DNA from: Cupriavidus necator
GTDB taxonomy: Bacteria > Pseudomonadota > Gammaproteobacteria > Burkholderiales > Burkholderiaceae
Length of the DNA stretch: 32,000 nt
Assembly: GCF_016127575.1 (NCBI RefSeq)
Contig: NZ_CP066018.1
Span: 2,460,001-2,492,000 of the forward strand
Direction of reading: 5' to 3'
In this document: positions 17,657 to 26,826 of the stretch, piece after piece
How the letters are laid out: each line of letters begins with the position of its first letter
How positions within the stretch are numbered: position 1 is the stretch's first letter
The notes under the pieces: generated by a model
The model's input: the letters and a program-made list of their open reading frames with translations, nothing else
Databases searched by the model: none
Told to the model about the DNA's origin: nothing
Position numbers and translations under genes: made by a program

Positions 17657-19687
17657 CTACGCCGTGGCCGATTCGGCTTGCCGCGCAGCCAGGAAGCGTG
17701 CGGCGTAGTCGAAGTACCAGTCGAGCGTGTCCGGGTTGGCCATCGCATCGCGGTTGGCGATGCCCTGCGGCGCATGGCCGAGCAGCAGCTTCTTGATCGG
17801 CACCTCCATCTTCTTGCCCGACAGCGTGCGCGGCACGCCGGGCACCTGCACGATCTCGTTGGGCACGTGGCGCGAGGACAGCGCGTCGCGGATGCGCGCG
17901 CGCAGGGTGTCGCGCAGCGCATCATCCAGCACCAGGCCTTCGCGCAGCACTACGAACAGCGGCATATAGGATTCGCGGCCCAGGTATTCCAGGTCGACCA
18001 CCATGCTGTCGAGCACCTCCGGCAGGTCTTCCACCACGCGGTACAGCTCGCTGGTGCCCATGCGGATGCCGTGGCGGTTGATGGTGGCGTCCGAGCGCCC
18101 GTAGATCACAGCGCCGCCGCGCCTTGTGATCTTGATCCAGTCGCCATGCCGCCAGACGCCGGGATAGGTGTCGAAATAGCTGTCGCGATAGCGCTTGCCG
18201 TCGGTGTCGCCCCACAGGTAGAGCGGCATCGACGGCATCGGCTCGGTGCAGACCAGTTCGCCCACCGCGTCGAGCAGCGGCTGGCCGTGGTCGTCGAAGG
18301 CCTCCACCCTGGCGCCCAGGCAGCGGCACTGCATCTCGCCGGAATAGACCGGCAGCAGCGGGCAGCCGGCGACGAACGAGCCGGCAAAGTCGGTGCCGCC
18401 CGACATCGGCACCAGCCAGATGTCTTCGCGCACATGGCGGTAGATCCAGTCGTAGGCCTCGACCGGCAGCGGCGAGCCGGTCGAGCCGAGCCCGCGCAGG
18501 CGCGACACGTCGGCGATGCGCGCCGGCTCGATGCCCGCCTTCATGCAGTTGGTGAAGAAGGCCGCGCCGGCGCCGAACATGGTCACGCCGGCATCGTCGA
18601 CGAAGCGCCACAGCACGCCGGCATCCGGATAAGCCGGGTTGCCGTCATACAGTGCGATGGTGGTGCCCAGCAGCAGCCCGGCCACCTGCGCGTTCCACAT
18701 GATCCAGCCGCTGCTGCTGTACCAGTGGAAGACATCGTCCGGGCCCAGGTTGTTATGGAAGGCCATCAGCTTGAGCTGCTCGATGACGATGCCGCCATGG
18801 CCATGCACGATCGGCTTGGGCATGCCGGTGGTGCCGGACGAATAGACGATCCACAGCGGGTGGTCGAACGGCACCGGCTCGATCGCCAGCGGCACGTCGT
18901 GCGCCAGCACCTCCTGCCAGGCATGGGTGCGCACGCCGGCGGGCGGCGCCGCATTGCTGCCGACCTGTGGCACGAGCACGAGATCGGTCAGCGAGGACAG
19001 GGTGGCGACCAGGTCTGCCACCACCGGGGCGCGGTCGTAGACCTTGCCGCCATAGCGGTAGCCATCGACTGCTATCAGCACCTTGGGCTCGATCTGGCGG
19101 AAGCGGTCGATCACTGCCACCTGGCCCATGTCGGGCGCGCAGCCCGACCACACCGCGCCGAGGCTGGCGGTGGCGAGGAAGGCGACGATGGTGGCGGGGA
19201 TATTGGGCAGGTAGCCGGCGACACGGTCGCCGCGCTGCACACCCATCTGGCGCAGCGCATGCGCCAGCGACGCGACCTGGGCTTCGAGGGTGTCCCAGCT
19301 CACTTCGGCCAGCAGCTGCGCTTCGCCGGCGTAACGGATCGCGGCGCGCTGGCGGGCGGTGCCGGTGCTGGTGCCGGCATGGCGGAATACCTGCTGCACG
19401 TAGTTCAGCGTCGCGCCTTCGAACCAGCGCGCGCCCGGCATGGTGTGGCGGTCCAGCACCTGCGTGGCGGGCGTGTCGAAATGCACGTCGAAATACGCGC
19501 GCACGGCATCCCAGAAGGCTTCCAGCTCGGTGACCGACCACTGCCACAGGCTGTCGTAGTCGTCAAAGGCCAGGCTGCGCTCGGCGCGCAGCCAGCGCAT
19601 GAAGGCGGCGATCTGGCTGCTGTCGCGGAACGCCGCGGACGGCGTCCACATCAGATTCCCTTCGGTCAGAGGGGCGGGGGTGCTCAT
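17657..19687 (-). CDS. Acetoacetyl-CoA synthetase (acetoacetate-CoA ligase)
   Basis: ORF 17657..19777 trimmed to ATG 19687, preceded by GAGGAGGAG. 676 aa. N-terminus LMWTPSAAFRDSSQIAAFMRWL...YDSLWQWSV is typical of AACS. AMP-binding motif YSSGTTGMPK. Confidence 0.9.
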   Translation of the reverse strand: MSTPAPLTEGNLMWTPSAAFRDSSQIAAFMRWLRAERSLAFDDYDSLWQWSVTELEAFWDAVRAYFDVHFDTPATQVLDRHTMPGARWFEGATLNYVQQVFRHAGTSTGTARQRAAIRYAGEAQLLAEVSWDTLEAQVASLAHALRQMGVQRGDRVAGYLPNIPATIVAFLATASLGAVWSGCAPDMGQVAVIDRFRQIEPKVLIAVDGYRYGGKVYDRAPVVADLVATLSSLTDLVLVPQVGSNAAPPAGVRTHAWQEVLAHDVPLAIEPVPFDHPLWIVYSSGTTGMPKPIVHGHGGIVIEQLKLMAFHNNLGPDDVFHWYSSSGWIMWNAQVAGLLLGTTIALYDGNPAYPDAGVLWRFVDDAGVTMFGAGAAFFTNCMKAGIEPARIADVSRLRGLGSTGSPLPVEAYDWIYRHVREDIWLVPMSGGTDFAGSFVAGCPLLPVYSGEMQCRCLGARVEAFDDHGQPLLDAVGELVCTEPMPSMPLYLWGDTDGKRYRDSYFDTYPGVWRHGDWIKITRRGGAVIYGRSDATINRHGIRMGTSELYRVVEDLPEVLDSMVVDLEYLGRESYMPLFVVLREGLVLDDALRDTLRARIRDALSSRHVPNEIVQVPGVPRTLSGKKMEVPIKKLLLGHAPQGIANRDAMANPDTLDWYFDYAARFLAARQAESATA

Positions 19688-19795
19688 GTCTCCTCCTCGG
19701 GCCCGTCTGTCGCGGGCATCGGATGGTGGCGATGGGTATGCCGGGCTCGTGTGGCGGCAGCCGGCATCAGCCTGCAATGATAACGGCCCTTAGAT

Positions 19796-21325
19796 TCAGT
19801 TGCCGGCCGGACGCTCGAACAGGCTTTCCCACATGGTGTCGACCTTCGCCTTGACCGCGGCATCCATGGAGATCGGCGTGCCCCATTCGCGCGTGGTCTC
19901 GCCCGGCCACTTGTCGGTCGCGTCGATGCCCATCTTGGAGCCCAGGCCCGACACCGGCGAGGCGAAGTCCAGGTAATCGATCGGCGTGTTGTCGACCAGC
20001 ACCGTGTCGCGGCTGGGGTCGACCCGTGTGGTGATGGCCCAGATCACTTCCTTCCAGTCGCGCACGTCGACATCGTCATCGACCACCACGATGAACTTCG
20101 TATACATGAACTGCCGCAGGAAGCTCCACACGCCGAACATCACGCGCTTGGCATGGCCGGCGTACTGCTTCTTCATGCGCACCAGCGCCATGCGGTAGCT
20201 GCAGCCCTCGGGCGGCAGGTAGAAGTCGGTGATCTCCGGGAACTGCTTCTGCAGCAGCGGCACGAACACCTCGTTCAGCGCCACGCCCAGCACCGCCGGC
20301 TCATCGGGCGGCTTGCCGGTGTAGGTGGAGTGGTAGATCGGGTCGCGCCGCATGGTGATGCGGTCGATGGTGAACACCGGGAACCAGTCCTGCTCGTTGT
20401 AATAGCCGGTGTGGTCGCCGAACGGGCCTTCCAGCGCATGCTGGTAGCCGGACGGGTGGTTCGGGTCGGGCTGGATATGGCCTTCGAGCACGATCTCGGC
20501 CGACGCGGGCACGCTCAGCTCGGACAGCGTCGGCGTGAGGCAGCCGGCCAGCGCGGTGCGGCTGCCGCGCAGCAGGCCGGCGAACTGGTACTCGGACAGC
20601 GTATCGGGCACCGGCGTCACCGCGCCCAGGATGGTGGCGGGGTCCGCGCCCAGCGCCACCGCGATCGGGAAGGGCTTGCCGGGATTGGCCAGCGCATGCT
20701 CGCGGAAATCCAGCGCGCCGCCGCGGTGCGCCAGCCAGCGCATGATGACCTGGTTGCGGCCGATCACCTGCTGGCGGTAGATGCCAAGGTTCTGGCGCTT
20801 CTTGTGCGGGCCCTTGGTCACCACCAGGCCCCAGGTGATCAGCGGCGCGGCGTCGCCGGGCCAGCAGGTCTGGATCGGCAGGCGCGCCAGGTCGACGTCG
20901 TTGCCTTCCCACACCACCTCCTGGCAGGCCGGGCTGCTGACGCGCTTTGGTGCCATATCCCACACAGATTTGGCCAGCGTGAACAGCTTGCCGGCCTCGC
21001 GCAGGCCGCGCGGCGGTTCCGGTTCCTTCAATGCTGACAAGACCCGGCCGATGTCGCGCAGGTCCTCCATCGATTCGGCGCCCATGCCAAGTGCGACTCT
21101 GTGTGTCGTGCCGAACAGATTGGCCAGTACGGGGACGCTATAGATACCTCCATCGGTGCTGGCTCCGGAAGGTTTCTCAAAAAGGACCGCGGGGCCTCCA
21201 GCGCGCAGCAGCCGGTCGCAGACTTCGGTCATTTCCAGGTTGGGCGCAACCGGCCGGGCGATGCGCCGCAGCTCGCCCATGCCTTCGAGTTGGCCGATGA
21301 AATCGCGCAAGTCTTTGTATTGCAT
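19796..21325 (-). CDS. ubiD: 4-hydroxy-3-polyprenylbenzoate decarboxylase
   Basis: ORF 19796..21403 trimmed to ATG 21325 ([22 protein letters not shown]...). Full-length UbiD-family sequence of 509 aa. Confidence 0.9.
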   Translation of the reverse strand: MQYKDLRDFIGQLEGMGELRRIARPVAPNLEMTEVCDRLLRAGGPAVLFEKPSGASTDGGIYSVPVLANLFGTTHRVALGMGAESMEDLRDIGRVLSALKEPEPPRGLREAGKLFTLAKSVWDMAPKRVSSPACQEVVWEGNDVDLARLPIQTCWPGDAAPLITWGLVVTKGPHKKRQNLGIYRQQVIGRNQVIMRWLAHRGGALDFREHALANPGKPFPIAVALGADPATILGAVTPVPDTLSEYQFAGLLRGSRTALAGCLTPTLSELSVPASAEIVLEGHIQPDPNHPSGYQHALEGPFGDHTGYYNEQDWFPVFTIDRITMRRDPIYHSTYTGKPPDEPAVLGVALNEVFVPLLQKQFPEITDFYLPPEGCSYRMALVRMKKQYAGHAKRVMFGVWSFLRQFMYTKFIVVVDDDVDVRDWKEVIWAITTRVDPSRDTVLVDNTPIDYLDFASPVSGLGSKMGIDATDKWPGETTREWGTPISMDAAVKAKVDTMWESLFERPAGN

Positions 21326-21592
21326 AGTGAATTCTGTTGTGGTGCGGGGCTGGGGGAAAGCCTCTGCAAGGCGGCGTCGAAGTCGGTGACGATACACATT
21401 CACCGGCGCCGCGGCAAAAAAATCATCAAAGCCAAGCCGCGCAAATTGTAAGTTTTTTGTCGCTGACAGCGTACTTTTCCGAGCGACCAGCCAAGGCCAG
21501 GCCTGCGTTTGCGGGCAATCGGGTGATCCGGTGGCGACATGGCAATCATTGTTACAAATAACTGTAAGTAGTAGAAACCGAAGTTATTATTC

Positions 21593-21621
21593 TTGACGGG
21601 ATATAACACCGTTCCTACAAT
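21593..21621 (+). promoter_or_regulatory. Near-consensus sigma70 promoter TTGACG-17 nt-TACAAT
   Basis: TTGACG at 21593-21598, exactly 17 nt of spacer, TACAAT at 21616-21621. Sits in the most AT-rich patch of the window. Predicted TSS is near 21628. Confidence 0.55.
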
Positions 21622-21626
21622 CCGGT

Positions 21627-21719
21627 CTTGCTCCTGGAGTGTTGCGTCGCAACATGGATTTTCCCCCTGTGTCAAGGGGTGCACATAAAGAAAATGTGCC
21701 AGAAAGTCCCTCCAGCAAG
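21627..21719 (+). ncRNA. Candidate structured RNA element (four-way junction) at the 5' end of the SLT leader; family unknown
   Basis: Hand-folded. P1 is CTTGC(tcc)TGGAG 21627-21639 pairing with CTCCAGCAAG 21710-21719. P2 is 21640-21654 (TGTTG/CAACA). P3 is 21664-21679 (CCCCT/AGGGG). P4 is 21681-21699 (GCACAT/ATGTGC, loop AAAGAAA). It starts at the predicted TSS. Confidence 0.35.
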
Positions 21720-21972
21720 GACCGATGTATGGACCCGAAGCAAGGCGGGCCGACCGGTCGCCTCCGGCGACTTGCCGGAGCGTAGTGAGTTTAGTCGTGG
21801 CAGGGTGCGCTCCCCCAGAGCGTAGCCTGTTTCCAGTTGGGCGCACGGGGAGCGCCTGCCAACAGATGCTTGGTCGTCACTGCTGGACGGCGCGGCATCC
21901 TTACTTGAGTACGTTGAGATCGGGCGCGTGCCGCAGTCGGGCGCGCGAAGCGGGCAACGGATGGAGGTAAGC

Positions 21973-23031
21973 ATGAGCGGTTGGAAAACCCTTCATCTTC
22001 CCGGCATCGGGCGGGCCTTGCAGGTCCGTCTCCGACAGCCGGTACCCGGAGTGAGTCGGGCATTGCAGGTCCGTCTTGCGCATCCGGTCGCGGGCCGCGC
22101 GTTGCGCGGTGGCCGCACAACGCTGAAGTACGCGCTGAACAGCCTGGGCGTGGTCGCGGTCGTTTCGGCCGTGTCGCTGTCGCTGAGCCAGGAATGGCGC
22201 ACCACGCTGGCCGCGCTGCTGGCGGGTGACGAGGCACCCGCGGTGCTGGTTGGCGCCGCCATGCCGGCCGCGCCTGCCGTGGCCAGCACTGCCGTGCCGC
22301 CGCATTCGGCGGACGTCGCCGCGGCCAAGCTTGCCTTTGGCAAGGCCGGCCTGCCGACGGTGTCGGGCGTGGACGAATGGACCCTGGCGGCATCCGCCAA
22401 GGTGCCGTCGGTCGCGCACCTCGCCGCGCGGATCCCGGTCACGCGCGTGGCGCAAGACGCCCGCAGCACCGCCACGCTGGGCAGCGCGCGCGAGCAGGCG
22501 GCCGTCGCCGACTATATCGCCCGCAAGTACCGCGTGGCGGCGCAGGCCACCGCGCAGCTGGTGAAGGCGGCCTACCTGACCGGCCGCGAGGTCGGCATCG
22601 ACCCGCTGCTGATCCTGGGCGTGATCGCGATCGAGTCCAGCTTCAACCCGTACGCCGAAAGCGGCGTGGGCGCGCAGGGCCTGATGCAGGTCATGACCAA
22701 GGTCCACCAGGACAAGTACGAGGCCGTCGGCGGCGTTGCCGCGGCACTGAACCCGTATGCCAATATCAAGATCGGCGCGCTGGTGCTCAAGGACTGCATC
22801 GCCCGCGCCGGCTCGATCGAAGGCGGCCTGAAGTACTACGTCGGTGCCACCACGGCTACCGATGGCGGCTACGGCGCCAAGGTGCTGGCCGAGCGTGCCC
22901 GCCTGCGCCAGCTGCTGGGCGTGCGCAACGCGCCCGCCAACGCCGACAAGCCGGTCGAGGTCAAGGCCCCGGCCGAGCAGCTGGCCCCGACCGAGAAACT
23001 GGAAGCGAACAACGGTCCGCACAACGCCTGA
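21973..23031 (+). CDS. Lytic transglycosylase (SLT domain) protein
   Basis: ORF 21928..23031 trimmed to ATG 21973 (GGAGG 5 nt upstream). SLT catalytic motifs IAIESSFNP and GAQGLMQV...Y. TM segment LNSLGVVAVVSAVSLSL. GC3 is low in the first ~35 codons, so the start is uncertain. Confidence 0.8.
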   Translation: MSGWKTLHLPGIGRALQVRLRQPVPGVSRALQVRLAHPVAGRALRGGRTTLKYALNSLGVVAVVSAVSLSLSQEWRTTLAALLAGDEAPAVLVGAAMPAAPAVASTAVPPHSADVAAAKLAFGKAGLPTVSGVDEWTLAASAKVPSVAHLAARIPVTRVAQDARSTATLGSAREQAAVADYIARKYRVAAQATAQLVKAAYLTGREVGIDPLLILGVIAIESSFNPYAESGVGAQGLMQVMTKVHQDKYEAVGGVAAALNPYANIKIGALVLKDCIARAGSIEGGLKYYVGATTATDGGYGAKVLAERARLRQLLGVRNAPANADKPVEVKAPAEQLAPTEKLEANNGPHNA

Positions 23032-23055
23032 GCGCGCAACGGTACCGCCAATCAG

Positions 23056-23085
23056 AAAAGCACCCCGCGGGGTGCTTTTCTTTTG
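23056..23085. terminator. Bidirectional rho-independent terminator between convergent SLT and aminotransferase genes
   Basis: AAAA-GCACCC-cgcg-GGGTGC-TTTTCTTTT. Confidence 0.75.
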
Positions 23086-23111
23086 CCTGCTTCAGCCGCG
23101 GCAGAGGACGG

Positions 23112-24293
23112 TCAGCGGAACAGCTTGCCGAGGCGCGCCATCGCCTCCTCGATATTCTCGCGCGAGGTCGCGTACGAGATCCGGATGTAGTCCTTCGCCG
23201 TATGCGGGCCGAAATCCTGCCCCGGCACCATGACCACGCCCGCATCGTGCAGCATCGCCTGCGTCAGCCGGTCGGCATCGCCGGCGGCGGGGTGGTTGAC
23301 GCCGCGGCAGTCGGCGTAGACATAGAAGGCGCCGTCGGGGCGCACCGGCACGCGCAGGCCAAGGGACTCCAGTGCCGGCACGATCAGGTCGCGGCGGCGG
23401 CGGAACTCGGCCTTGCGTTCGTCGTAGATCGCCAGGGCCTCGGGGGTGAAGCAGGCCAGCGCGGCGTACTGCGCCACGGCCGACGCGCAGATGAACAGGT
23501 TCTGCGCGACCTTCTCGAAGGCTTCCACCAGCGCCTCCGGCACCACCAGCCAGCCCAGGCGCCAGCCCGTCATGTTGAAGTACTTGGAGAAGCTGTTCAC
23601 CGTGACCACGTTCTCGTCCAGGCTCAGTGCCGAGACCGGCGGCGCGTCATAGGACAGGCCCTGGTAGATCTCGTCGAGGATGGCAAAGCCGTTGCGCGCG
23701 CGCACGGCCTGCAGGATGCGGGCGAGCTCGTCGGGCAGGATCGAGGTGCCGGTGGGGTTGGAAGGCGATGCCAGCAGCACGCCGCGGGTCTGCTCGCCCC
23801 AGTTGGCCTCGACCTGCGCGGCGGTCAGCTGGAAGCGCTCGGCCGGGCCGCTCGGGATCATGCGCGCGGCGCCGTCGAAGGCGGCGACGAAGTGCCGGTT
23901 GCAGGGGTAGCTGGGGTCGGGCATCAGCACCTCGGCGCCGATCTCGACCAGCACCGCGCACGCCAGCAGCAGCGCGCCCGAGGCGCCGGCCGTGACGATC
24001 ACGCGCCGGGCCGGGATATCCAGCCCGTAGGCCGTCTTGTAATAGCCCGCGATGGCCTCGCGCAGCGGATGGATGCCGAGCGCACCGGTGTACTGGGTCA
24101 CGCCGCGGCGCATGGCGGCTTCGGCCGCGCGCACCACCGGCTCGGCGGCGGTAAAGTCCGGCTCGCCGATACCCATGTGCACGATATGGCGGCCGGCGCG
24201 TTCCAGCGCGGCGGCCTGCTTGGCCAGTTCCATCACGTGGAAGGCTTCGATATTGGCGAGGCGGGAGGCGGTGGCCAGGTGCTGCATGTCCAT
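23112..24293 (-). CDS. Pyridoxal-phosphate-dependent aminotransferase, class I/II (aspartate/alanine aminotransferase-like)
   Basis: ORF 23112..24380 trimmed to ATG 24293 (MDMQHLATASRLANIEAFHVMEL...). Motifs SPSNPTG and NSFSKYFNMTGWRLGW (PLP lysine). The upstream 29 codons contain the nusB terminator hairpin and have low GC3. Confidence 0.85.
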   Translation of the reverse strand: MDMQHLATASRLANIEAFHVMELAKQAAALERAGRHIVHMGIGEPDFTAAEPVVRAAEAAMRRGVTQYTGALGIHPLREAIAGYYKTAYGLDIPARRVIVTAGASGALLLACAVLVEIGAEVLMPDPSYPCNRHFVAAFDGAARMIPSGPAERFQLTAAQVEANWGEQTRGVLLASPSNPTGTSILPDELARILQAVRARNGFAILDEIYQGLSYDAPPVSALSLDENVVTVNSFSKYFNMTGWRLGWLVVPEALVEAFEKVAQNLFICASAVAQYAALACFTPEALAIYDERKAEFRRRRDLIVPALESLGLRVPVRPDGAFYVYADCRGVNHPAAGDADRLTQAMLHDAGVVMVPGQDFGPHTAKDYIRISYATSRENIEEAMARLGKLFR

Positions 24294-24340
24294 GGTGGTC
24301 CGGGACGGGCCCGGGGCCCGTTCAGCAAGAGGATAGGTAG

Positions 24341-24368
24341 GAATGAAAACACCCGCCGGGGCGGGTGT
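24341..24368 (-). terminator. Rho-independent terminator after nusB
   Basis: Reverse strand ACACCCGC-cccg-GCGGGTGT followed by TTTTCATT, about 70 nt after the nusB stop. Confidence 0.65.
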
Positions 24369-24439
24369 CGTCTTCATCACTGCCGGCGCAAGCCAGCCGT
24401 GATGGCGTGGGCCGGCCCGCGGGCGGCTCAGCTGGCAAC

Positions 24440-24958
24440 TCAGCGGCGCGCCGCGACCTCGGCCGCGCGCACCTGGGCGGCAAGCTTGTCCAGTACGCCG
24501 TTGACGTACTTGTAGCCCTCGACGCCGCCAAAGGTCTTGGTCAGCTCGACGGCTTCGTTGATCACGACCTTGTACGGGATGTCGAGGCAGTGCACCAGCT
24601 CATAGCTGCCGACCAGCAGGGCGGCGCGCTCGACCGGCGACAGTTCTTCGACCTTGCGGTCCAGGAACGGCTCGAAGGCGGCGGTCAGGCGGGCTTCCTC
24701 GCGTACGGCGCCGTTGAGGAGCGCGTCGAAGTGCTCGCGGTCGGCCTTGTTGAAACCTTGCGCATCATGCAGGTGAGCCTGGATCGCCCCGATGTCATTA
24801 CGGTTCAGCAGCCACTGATACAGCCCTTGCAGAGCCAGCTCGCGCGAGCGGCGGCGCGCGCTCTTGGGCGGTGCCTTGGCCTCGGTGCGGGCCGCGGCGG
24901 GCTTGCCGCCGGCTGTCTTGCCGCCGTCGTTGTCGGGGGTGTTCGACGTATCACTCAT
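24440..24958 (-). CDS. nusB: Transcription antitermination factor NusB
   Basis: ORF 24440..24976 with start taken at ATG 24958 (MSDTSNT...), overlapping the ribH stop by 8 nt. Core [15 protein letters not shown]...[13 protein letters not shown]...[15 protein letters not shown] is NusB. Long basic N-terminal extension. Confidence 0.85.
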
Positions 24959-25451
24959 CGTCGTCCTCGTCTTCATCTTCCTGGCCGCGCAGCGAATCGA
25001 GCGCGGCGACCAGGTTGGCCATCTCCACCGCGGCGCGGGCGCAGTCGCGGCCCTTCTCGCGCGTGCGGGCGTGGGCCTGCTCGTCAGTATCCACGGTCAG
25101 GATGCCATTGGCGATCGGCACATTGAAGTCCAGGCCGACGCGGGTGATGCCGGCGCCCGACTCGTTCGAGACCAGCTCGAAGTGGTAGGTCTCGCCGCGC
25201 ACCACGGCGCCCAGGGCGACCAGGGCGTCGAACTGGCCGCTCTCGCACATCTTCTGCAGCGCCAGCGGGATTTCCAGCGCGCCGGGGACGGTCACCACCA
25301 GGGTGTCTTCGCCCTCGACGCCGAGCTTTTCCAGCTCGGCCACGCAGGCTTCGAGCAGTTCGGCGCAGACCGGCTCGTTGAAGCGGGCCTGCACGATGCC
25401 GATACGCAGGCCTTCACCGTCGAGGTTGCTGGGGTAGAAGCCGTGATCCAT
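24951..25451 (-). CDS. ribH: 6,7-dimethyl-8-ribityllumazine synthase
   Basis: 166 aa. [18 protein letters not shown] and [12 protein letters not shown] motifs. GGAGAA RBS. Ends in an acidic tail, [11 protein letters not shown]. Confidence 0.95.
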
Positions 25452-25523
25452 TGTTCAGTTCTCCAGTTTTCGGGGCGGCAACGGCGCTGGTGCGCGCTGC
25501 CGGGGTGTCCGGGTGGCGCAGGC

Positions 25524-26633
25524 TCAGTCGGCCTGGCCGTTCATGGGTTGGTAGCCGGTGACCTCGAGGTCGAAGCCGGTCATGCTGGGCATGCGCTGCG
25601 GCGACGCCAGCACGCGCATCCTGCCCACGCCAACATCCTTCAGGATCTGCGCGCCCATGCCGTAGGTGCGCAGGTCCGGCTTGCGGCGCGGGCGCGACTG
25701 CGGCGCGTCCAGCGCGCTGAACTGCGTGAACAGCTGGTCGGCCGAGTCGCCGCAGTTAAGCAGCACGATCACGCCGCTGTCGGCCTCGGCGATGGCTTTC
25801 ATTGCCGCCGGAATGCTCCAGGAATGCGTGGTGCACTTCACTTCCAGCAGGTCCAGCACCGAGAAGGGCTCGTGCACGCGCACCAGCGTTTCCTGGTCCG
25901 GCGCGGGCGAACCCTTGACCAGCGCCAGGTGCGCCTGGCCGGTGGGCTTGTCGCGGTAGGCGATGCTGTGGAAGGTGCCGTAGGGCGTCTGCATGGCGCG
26001 CTCGCCCACACGCTCGATAATGCTCTCGGTGCGGCTGCGGTAGTGGATCAGGTCGGCAATGGTGCCGATCTTCAGGTCATGTTCCTGCGCGAACTCGATC
26101 AGGTCCGGCAGGCGCGCCATGGTGCCGTCGTCCTTCATGATCTCGCAGATCACGGCCGCCGGCGTCAGGCCTGCCAGCGCGCCCAGGTCGCAGCCGGCCT
26201 CGGTATGGCCGGCGCGGATCAGCACGCCGCCGGGCTGGGCCGTCAGCGGGAAGATATGGCCGGGCTGGACCAGGTCGGCCGGCCTGGCGTCGCGGGCGAC
26301 GGCGGCCTGCACGGTGCGGGCGCGGTCGGCGGCGGAAATGCCGGTGGTCACGCCCTCGGCAGCCTCGATCGACACGGTGAAGTTGGTGCCGTGCTGGGTG
26401 CCGTTGCGGCTGACCATCGGGTGCAGGTCCAGCTGGCGGCAGCGCTCGGCGGTCAGGGTCAGGCAGATCAGCCCGCGGCCGTGCTTGGCCATGAAGTTGA
26501 TCGCTTCCGGTGTGACGAAATCGGCAGCCAGCACCAGATCGCCTTCATTCTCGCGGTCTTCCTCATCGACGAGGATGACCATGCGGCCGGCGCGGATGTC
26601 GGCAATGATGTCTTCGGTACGGGCGATTTTCAT
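25524..26633 (-). CDS. ribBA: 3,4-dihydroxy-2-butanone-4-phosphate synthase fused to a GTP cyclohydrolase II-like domain (RibBA architecture; C-terminal domain looks degenerate)
   Basis: ORF 25524..26813 trimmed to ATG 26633 ([34 protein letters not shown]...). The N-terminal RibB domain is intact. The C-terminal ~165 aa align in order with RibA but lack the Cys triad (see findings). Confidence 0.9.
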   Translation of the reverse strand: MKIARTEDIIADIRAGRMVILVDEEDRENEGDLVLAADFVTPEAINFMAKHGRGLICLTLTAERCRQLDLHPMVSRNGTQHGTNFTVSIEAAEGVTTGISAADRARTVQAAVARDARPADLVQPGHIFPLTAQPGGVLIRAGHTEAGCDLGALAGLTPAAVICEIMKDDGTMARLPDLIEFAQEHDLKIGTIADLIHYRSRTESIIERVGERAMQTPYGTFHSIAYRDKPTGQAHLALVKGSPAPDQETLVRVHEPFSVLDLLEVKCTTHSWSIPAAMKAIAEADSGVIVLLNCGDSADQLFTQFSALDAPQSRPRRKPDLRTYGMGAQILKDVGVGRMRVLASPQRMPSMTGFDLEVTGYQPMNGQAD

Positions 26634-26826
26634 GGCGTGCTGAACGGCAAATTGGGGCGAATCGAGCGAAAAACCGGCGAATAGCTGGGGCAGGAAACAT
26701 GGCCGCGGTTGAAAGCGGCCGGACTGAGGCGGGGCGTCGGGCCGGGCCGGCCAGGCCATATACGCCCGGCAGGTTGCCCAGTCAAGCCGGGTATTGTACG
26801 CCAAGGCAGGCAAGGCGTGAGGCGAC

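Noticed and set aside
21700-21712. CAGAAAGTCCCTCC resembles the GGAAAGTCCGGGCTCC block of RNase P RNA.
   Set aside because: No other RNase P conserved regions are present and the element is far too short. The resemblance looks coincidental. It also does not resemble tmRNA, SRP RNA or E. coli 6S RNA from memory.
21628-21825. 65-aa plus-strand ORF and a 46-codon ATG ORF (from 21654) inside the SLT leader, considered as small proteins.
   Set aside because: Neither has a ribosome-binding site, both have poor GC3, and both overlap the predicted RNA helices. Treated as non-coding.
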